Part shown: positions 51,301 to 64,000 of the stretch, in pieces
Position numbering within the stretch: the stretch's first letter is position 1
Layout: every line of letters begins with the position of its first letter
Origin: the human T2T-CHM13v2.0 reference genome, Homo sapiens
Assembly: GCF_009914755.1 (NCBI RefSeq)
Contig: NC_060947.1
Direction: 5' to 3' (one strand)
Length of the DNA stretch: 64,000 nucleotides
Translations under genes and position numbers: made by a program
Notes under the pieces: model-generated
The model's input: the letters and a program-made list of their open reading frames with translations, nothing else
What the model was told of the DNA's origin: nothing
Databases searched by the model: none

Positions 51301-51343
51301 GAGTGAGGGTGGGGTCCAAGTGAACGTAAGGGCCCAGCTTTAA

Positions 51344-51670
<327 letters not shown>

Positions 51671-51767
51671 TAAGTGGCTGAGTTTGCCTTCATGACCTAA
51701 TACTATCTCATTGGCATTTGCCCAGCAAAAGGCAGGACCACCTGTCTGCCTCTTCTTCCCACCCTGA

Positions 51768-52052
<285 letters not shown>

Positions 52053-52116
52053 TAAGCTACATGGGTGTCAGCTCATGGGGATAATAGAGACCTCACTATT
52101 TGCAATGTCCATCCAG

Positions 52117-52273
52117 GTCCCCATTTTCAGTAAGAAGGAAGAGGTGTTTGGGTACTTAGCCAAATACACAGTGCCTGTGATGCGGGCTGCCTGGCTCATT
52201 AAGATGACCTGTGCCTACTATGCAGCAATCTCTGAGACCAAGGTTAAGAAGAGACATGTTGACCCTTTCATGG
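52117..52273 (+). CDS. MED12: MED12 exon 4
   Basis: [17 protein letters not shown]...VDPFM; 157 nt. Confidence 0.95.
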
Positions 52274-52719
52274 GTGAGTAACTCCTAACACCAGGTGTAC
52301 TGCTGATGGCTTCAAGGAGTGATAGAGACACCCTTGGAACCATCCTCCTTCTTAATCTAGATTCCTTGTTTCTGCTTGTTTCTTGCATTTGTTTGATCAG
52401 TAAACACTGAGAAATTTGAGTGTCTACTGTGCGCATATACTGGGCTACAAAGATGTCCGGTGCATAATCTCTGCCCCTAGGATACTAGTAGTCTAACAGG
52501 GCTGCTAAGGTATATGTACAAATAACATAATTAAATATAGAAAGTGGTGAATGTCAAGCTAGGAGCAGAAGGTTGTTTGAGTGGACAAAAGATTACTTTC
52601 TTATGGGGGTACCCGGAAAGGCTTTAGGAAGGTGGGATTTGACTAGAGACTAAAAGGATGAACTGAATTTACAAATATGGTGATTAGGGGTGGGGGTAAG
52701 GTATTCTAAGTAGAAGGAT

Positions 52720-53011
52720 TTTTTTTTTTTTTGAGACAGAGCAAGACTCTGTCACCCAGGCTAGAGTGCAGTGGCAGGATCTTGGCTTACTGCAACCTCC
52801 ACCTCCCGGGTTAAAGTGATTCTCCTGTCTCAGCCTCCCGAGTAGCTGGGATTACAGGCGCCCACCACTGCGCCCGGCTAATTTTTGTATTTTTCTAGAG
52901 ACGGGGTTTCACCATCTTGGCCAGGCTGGTCTCGAACTCCTGACCTCGTGATCCACCTGCCTCAGCCTCCCAAAGTGCTGGGATTACAGGCGTGAGCCAC
53001 CGCACCCAGCC
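52720..53011 (-). mobile_element. Alu in MED12 intron 4
   Basis: Antisense Alu flanked by duplicated agtagaaggat. Confidence 0.9.
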
Positions 53012-53016
53012 AGTAG

Positions 53017-53316
<300 letters not shown>

Positions 53317-53444
53317 TAGAGAACAGAATCTGCCTGCCACCTTGCCCCAGTTGTGGTTCTCTTCATCTTTTCATTTACTTTATCTGCTTCACTTTATCTG
53401 CTTCATCTCTAATAGTCCCCTCTTCCCTCCCCTGGTCCCCATAG

Positions 53445-53970
<526 letters not shown>

Positions 53971-54317
53971 TAGCCTGAGAAGAATCAGGTGCCCATCCCA
54001 GAGAATAGGGGTAATTCCAAATTGGATGTGGGAGTAGGTGCTGAGTACTTGCTTGGAGGTTGTTGTTTCTTGGTAATGGGGTGTTAGTCCCCTTTGGGGG
54101 TTTTCACCAGCCTCTCTCTCCCTTCCAAGGCTAAATAGTGGGCCCAAAGCCTTTTAGGAAAGTGAGTGAAGGGAGGGGATCGGGGTGGAGTGATGCCTGT
54201 CTTGGGGACCCAGTCAGAATAACTTTGGATCTGGAATCTACGGGTTGGGTCTTAGAATGGGATTCCAGAGGGGTAACCATGGTGAATGAGTTGGACTTAG
54301 CTGTTTCTATCTGGTAG

Positions 54318-54760
<443 letters not shown>

Positions 54761-54855
54761 TGAGGAAAGGATGGGGATAGTAAGGACATGTAGATCTAAG
54801 AGCCAGAATGCACCGGGCCTCTGGTTCAGTCCCCTTTACCACTTTTCCTCCTTAG

Positions 54856-54992
54856 GCTTCACCATTGGACGGGTACTTCATACTTTGGAAGTGCTGGACA
54901 GCCATAGTTTTGAACGCTCTGACTTCAGCAACTCTCTTGACTCCCTTTGTAACCGAATCTTTGGATTGGGACCTAGCAAGGATGGGCATGAG
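54856..54992 (+). CDS. MED12: MED12 exon 10
   Basis: [14 protein letters not shown]...DGHE; 137 nt. Confidence 0.95.
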
Positions 54993-55131
54993 GTAAGCGA
55001 AAAGGGGAATAGAAGGAGCAAAAAACATTGCAAGAGCAATAATATGTCTGAGAGGGAAGTCATGGTGAGGCATTGAAAGCAGAGCATGTCTGCAGAAATG
55101 ATCTTACTGGGCCCAGGATGTTTTATGATAG

Positions 55132-55359
<228 letters not shown>

Positions 55360-55657
55360 TAAGAGAACAAGATTGGCCAATGGGAAGGAATTTACTGCGG
55401 TTGGAGACCGAGAGATGGAGGTGGTGGAGGGACCAGAGTTGAAGGTGTGAGAACAGAGTAAAGAAGCAAAAGAGAACCTAAAGGCAAAGTTACGGACGTG
55501 AGGCGAAAGTAGAGAAGAGTGGATTGTAGTAAGAGTTAGAGATAACATCAAGGCTTCAGTTGGGAGGTGGTAAAGAACATGGAGGTCAGCAGGGGAATGA
55601 AAGTGAAAAGCATGGGGTAGAGGTCAAGCAGGTGGTAGTTTAAGGCCTACACATTGA

Positions 55658-55873
<216 letters not shown>

Positions 55874-56248
55874 TAGACTCAGTTACCCGCCACTGTCATC
55901 AGAAAGCATAATTAACAGCCCTCTGGTCTATATTTCTCTCTTGGGCTCTATGCAGAATGACTTTTAGATGTAGTTCTAGTGATCCTCTTTAACTGGTCAT
56001 CTTACAGTTAAACAGAGTAGAGAAATACAGAGAAGGATAAAAACAAGAGCTTGTGATTGAAGCATTTTCACTGCATAAATCGCAACAAAGATGTTACATT
56101 CCTTTCTGAGATGATGTGTGGGACAGCATGTGGGGTAACCAACCACACTTTGTCCCTCAACAATTTCTGGGATTTCTATTTGATCACTCTTATTATTGCC
56201 TTAGGTGTGTCCCTCTCTCTTTTGGCCCACCTTTTTGTGTTCTCCTAA

Positions 56249-56542
<294 letters not shown>

Positions 56543-56881
56543 TGACATTTCCATCTTCATGGCTCCCAGGGGCCTCTAAGAGCCTCTTTTGCCTGGGGCA
56601 GGGGGGTAGTATTTTTCTTAGCACTTGGTGATTGACCAAGCACTCTCACATCAATTGTTTCATTGGTTCCTCCCATCAGCCTTGTGAGGTACTCTTATCC
56701 CCATTTTCAAACTGAAGAAAACAGAGGCCTATACTGGTTAAGTGATTGGATGAGGCTTGACTCCAGATCCTGTGCTTTCCCCAATCTGGTCTTCTCTCTC
56801 CACTTCCCCAATGAAGTTTTACAGATGGTGGGAGCCACTCCCTAGGGCTAAAGCAACTTCGCTTATGTTCTATGCCCTCAG

Positions 56882-57285
<404 letters not shown>

Positions 57286-57381
57286 TGATGATCTGTTTTG
57301 AACCCAGATTGCTGTCAAAGGAATTTGCTGAGGGGTTGGAGCTGTTCTGAGGATGTGGGTTGGGAAAGGGAAGGGCTTTAG

Positions 57382-57630
<249 letters not shown>

Positions 57631-57780
57631 TAAACAGATCTCCCCCAAAGAATGCCCTAGTCAGTCTTCCCTTCCCCAGTATAGGGAACTCCCCAGTCAT
57701 GTCCCAATGTCCTGTCTCTTGGAGTCTCCTGAGAGCTCTAGTCCTTTTGAAACTTCCCCCCTCATTCCCCCCCTCTACAG

Positions 57781-57831
57781 ACCAGCTTGCTCCTATTGTG
57801 CCTCTGAATCCTGGAGACCTGACATTCTTAG
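57781..57831 (+). CDS. MED12: MED12 exon 17
   Basis: QLAPIVPLNPGDLTFL; 51 nt. Confidence 0.9.
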
Positions 57832-57859
57832 GTACCTCACAGTAAGCCCCATACTGCCC

Positions 57860-58100
57860 TCCCTCCCTCTCCCTTCCCTCCCTGAACCTAGCACCTCCCT
57901 GTACATATTCCTTTAAGGTCCACATAGTCTGTGGTCCTCTAAACCTTTGCGTCACTGTCCCCTTCCCTTCATTCCTCCCCCATCCCTTCCTTGACCCTCC
58001 CTTCCCTGTTTCCCTCTTCCTTCCTTCCCTCCCTCCCTCCTTCCATCTCTCCCTCCCTCCCTCCCATAGCCTTCTCTCCATACCCCACTCCCCACCCCTA
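57860..58100. repeat. Polypyrimidine (CCCT/CCTT)-rich tract in MED12 intron 17
   Basis: Direct reading. Confidence 0.8.
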
Positions 58101-58101
58101 G

Positions 58102-58281
<180 letters not shown>

Positions 58282-58284
58282 TAA

Positions 58285-58620
<336 letters not shown>

Positions 58621-59086
58621 TGAGGGTGGAGGCAGGAGTTCATGCCATATAGCGGCTACGGAGGGTCATAAGGACAGGCGTAGAGGCTCCAGCCAGTTTC
58701 CCAAGCTATTTGAAGGGGCAGAAAGACTAGCATGGGGGGAGTGGAACATGAGCTAAGACTGCAGGAATAGAGACTTAAGTGCTCCCTGGGGAGGCCAAGA
58801 GGCAGATTAGAGCATTGGGCACAGACCATCCTCCCACTGTGGAGTTCATAGAACTGTATCCTGGACACTGGTTAGAGGTGTTGTTGATAGAATAAACTAT
58901 CAACAATAAACTATCAATAGAGGTGTTGTTGATAGACTGTGGCATAGGGTAACGAGCCCTTCTATCCTGTGGTGGCTCCAGCAGGAAGGGGCTCAGGCCC
59001 AGCCTTGCCAGCGTCCCCACAGGAAGGTGGTTTCTATGTAACACAAGGGGCCTCTTTGCATTTCTCACCCCCGTTTACTCTGCTAG

Positions 59087-59251
<165 letters not shown>

Positions 59252-59271
59252 TAAGCAGAGCTTCGGAATAA

Positions 59272-59586
<315 letters not shown>

Positions 59587-60010
59587 TAAGAGAGGTGGAA
59601 GGTAAGGGGTAGCGAGTGGGACCTACTCCCTTCTTCCCATGACCACCCAACTCAGGAGGAGAGGATGGCCCGGGACCCTGCTGCCTGTCTAGGGTCATTT
59701 GTGGACTGTGTCCTCCACATACTGTTGTGTTACCAAGAGTGGGCCCTCTTCCTCAGCAGGCTTGCTCCCCGCCTATATCTGTGGGGCCCACCCTCTTCCC
59801 CCTTTTCCTCACTGCCTTCAGAGGCCCCAGTTCCTTATTCCCATGTGGTTCCTTTCCTGCCCAGTCTGTTTTGTCCCATCTCCCTTTTCTTGTCTCAAGA
59901 TCCTTCATCCCTCACTTTCTCCTTTTTTTCTTTTCTCCCCTTTCCTGACCATCCCTCGACCTCAGCAGGCCTTCTTCAACACTACTATCTCCTTTCCTCC
60001 ATCCCTGCAG

Positions 60011-60238
60011 CGACTTTTGCTCAAAGGTGAAGAACACCATCTACTGCAACGTGGAGCCATCGGAATCAAATATGCGCTGGGCACCTGAGTTCATGATCGA
60101 CACTCTAGAGAACCCTGCAGCTCACACCTTCACCTACACGGGGCTAGGCAAGAGTCTTAGTGAGAACCCTGCTAACCGCTACAGCTTTGTCTGCAATGCC
60201 CTTATGCACGTCTGTGTGGGGCACCATGATCCCGATAG
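60011..60238 (+). CDS. MED12: MED12 exon 22
   Basis: [17 protein letters not shown]...HHDPD; 228 nt. Confidence 0.95.
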
Positions 60239-60333
60239 GTATGGGGTGTACTGAGTGAGGAAGGGCACCATGCCCCCATCTGAGATAGGGAGGGCTGAGG
60301 TACCCGGGAGGTACTACAACCTTGATTATTTAG

Positions 60334-60582
<249 letters not shown>

Positions 60583-60685
60583 TAGTGGGGCAGTGACCAG
60601 GGCAGGGGGCTAGTTGTGATCCTCTGACCAGGGACAGAGTTCCGTAGAGTGGAGGCACACCGCTTTGAGTGGGCCTCCACACTGA

Positions 60686-60859
<174 letters not shown>

Positions 60860-61194
60860 TAGCATTTCTAGACCTCAAATTTCAATACACACTGGACGGC
60901 CATCCTCTCATTGTTCACTGTGGGAGACCTTGCTGCGGCTCCCTGGCCTTCCTCAGAAGGCCAGTCCTTTGGTATGCTGAAGGCTAGAAGAAACCTGTTT
61001 TTTAGCCCTGGATTTGCAGCCCTGACCTTTCCAATTTCTGACCCTTCAACTGCGTAACAGTTCTCTGCTCTACCTCGCTTTCAATATTATCTTGCTTTTT
61101 CTCCTTTCACTTTACCTCATCTTCTCTCCCATGCCCCTGCCATACACTTGCATGCATGCAGGCACGCACACACATAAACCCACATACAGTTTAA

Positions 61195-61585
<391 letters not shown>

Positions 61586-61790
61586 TAGGGTGGAGTGCCA
61601 GCTAAACTACAAGGGACAGTCTTTCTCCCTTCTGAAGGTGGTCTCTCTGACCTTTGGGGAGGAGGGGAGGGAGAGAAGTATATTTCTGTCCCATAGGGCA
61701 GGATTTGGGGTGTTTCTACCTCTGTGGGCCCAGGGTGGGTCTCCACACGTGTTCCAATCTCACTCTGCCCTCCCTATCTCCCACCCGTGA

Positions 61791-62015
<225 letters not shown>

Positions 62016-62107
62016 TAATATAGTTCTGTTTCCAGCCCATGATCACACCAGCTCCCTACTATACATTGTGTTCCTTAACAACTCCAGCCCATCCCCCATA
62101 TTCCTAA

Positions 62108-62425
<318 letters not shown>

Positions 62426-62659
62426 TAGAGAGGAAGACAAACAAGGATATAGGGGAGGGGAGAGGTAGCGAGAGAAACAGCTCCAGCATGGGCTGAGGAG
62501 TAAGTCCAGTAGGGTCTAGACTCCAGTGTAAGAGTATTAGGTGAGGGCATAGCTATCTGGAGTGAATCTAGCTTATCAATGGGAAGCATAGCATCTGGGA
62601 GGCCTAGGTGTGGGCCGTGTATATTTGGCATTTTGGCCATGGCTCAGGAACTGAATAGT

Positions 62660-62880
62660 AATAGCTACTACTTGCTGAGCATGTGCTTTGTGCCAGGTAC
62701 TGTGCTAGGCACTCTGCACACATTTCCTCATTTAATCTTTATGACCCTATGAAGTAGGTGAGCCTCCCTGTTTGACCGATGAGGAAACTGAGGCTTGAAG
62801 AGGTTAAGTAACTTGTCTAACGTCACATAGCCCATAAGTTTAGAGTCAATATGTGAACCCAGACATGTCTGTGCACTTTC
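62660..62880 (-). mobile_element. MIR in MED12 intron 28
   Basis: tgtgccaggtactgtgctagg...gatgaggaaactgaggctt...ggttaagtaacttg. Confidence 0.75.
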
Positions 62881-63198
62881 CTCTTCACATTGCTTCACAC
62901 CTTCAGATGACCAGAGAGTGGAAAAATAAAGCCGTTGAGGAAAAGCTAAAGGAATAAGGTCTCTTCAGCCCAGAAGAGATAGTGTTGAAGAGAGATTAGC
63001 TAACAGTAGCCTTCTGGTCTCTACAGGACTTTGAGAGATTGTCTTATAAAGGTTCTGTCAGGGACTTTGAGCAGCTGGTCTAAAACAAGAGAAGCAGGCT
63101 TCAACTTTAACATCAAGGGTTTCAAGGTTAAGCATTAAGCAGAACTTCCTGATACGAAGGGATGGGAAAGATGTGAAATCTTTCCTGAACTATTTTAA

Positions 63199-63508
<310 letters not shown>

Positions 63509-63572
63509 TAAATGTAGTCTTTCTTAAAGATGGGGACATAGAGGTCCCTTTCAGACCTCCAGGAGTCTGTGA

Positions 63573-63821
<249 letters not shown>

Positions 63822-64000
63822 TAGATCCTACCCTTGGGCTCTTGAGCTGAGAGATAAGAGGGGATGGGAAAATGGTGAACAAGTGGAGCTGATGATAAGG
63901 GAAATGGGTTGAGAGTGTTGGAGCTCTGAGCTGTGGGGAAGCTTGGTGGTGGTGGTGGAGCCTGTTTCTCTGGCCATAGATGTAAGGAGGTATGTAAAGG

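Overview
Human-type genomic DNA matching the Xq13.1 cluster SNX12(-) / FOXO4(+) / CXorf65(-) / IL2RG(-) / MED12(+). The window holds SNX12 coding exon 1 with its CpG-island promoter and a ~27 kb Alu/L1/L2/MIR-rich intergenic stretch. It also holds complete FOXO4 (3 coding exons, 505 aa), CXorf65 (6 exons, 183 aa) and IL2RG (8 exons, 369 aa), plus MED12 exons 1-29 (c.1-4119; the gene continues past the window end). I read all exon boundaries from GT-AG sites, and the exon lengths add up to intact reading frames. There are no prokaryotic-type systems such as CRISPR arrays or operons. The best leads are: an in-frame IL2RG-ectodomain/CXorf65 read-through possibility; a ubiquitin-like look to CXorf65; a templated micro-insertion that creates two AATAAA signals in MED12 intron 19; one retrotransposon target site re-used about four times between IL2RG and MED12; a human-specific AluYg6-type copy; and a speculative relic of an AFG1L paralogue between SNX12 and FOXO4. 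Gene names, repeat families and variant labels come from recognition or memory, not from database searches. Repeat boundaries are approximate.
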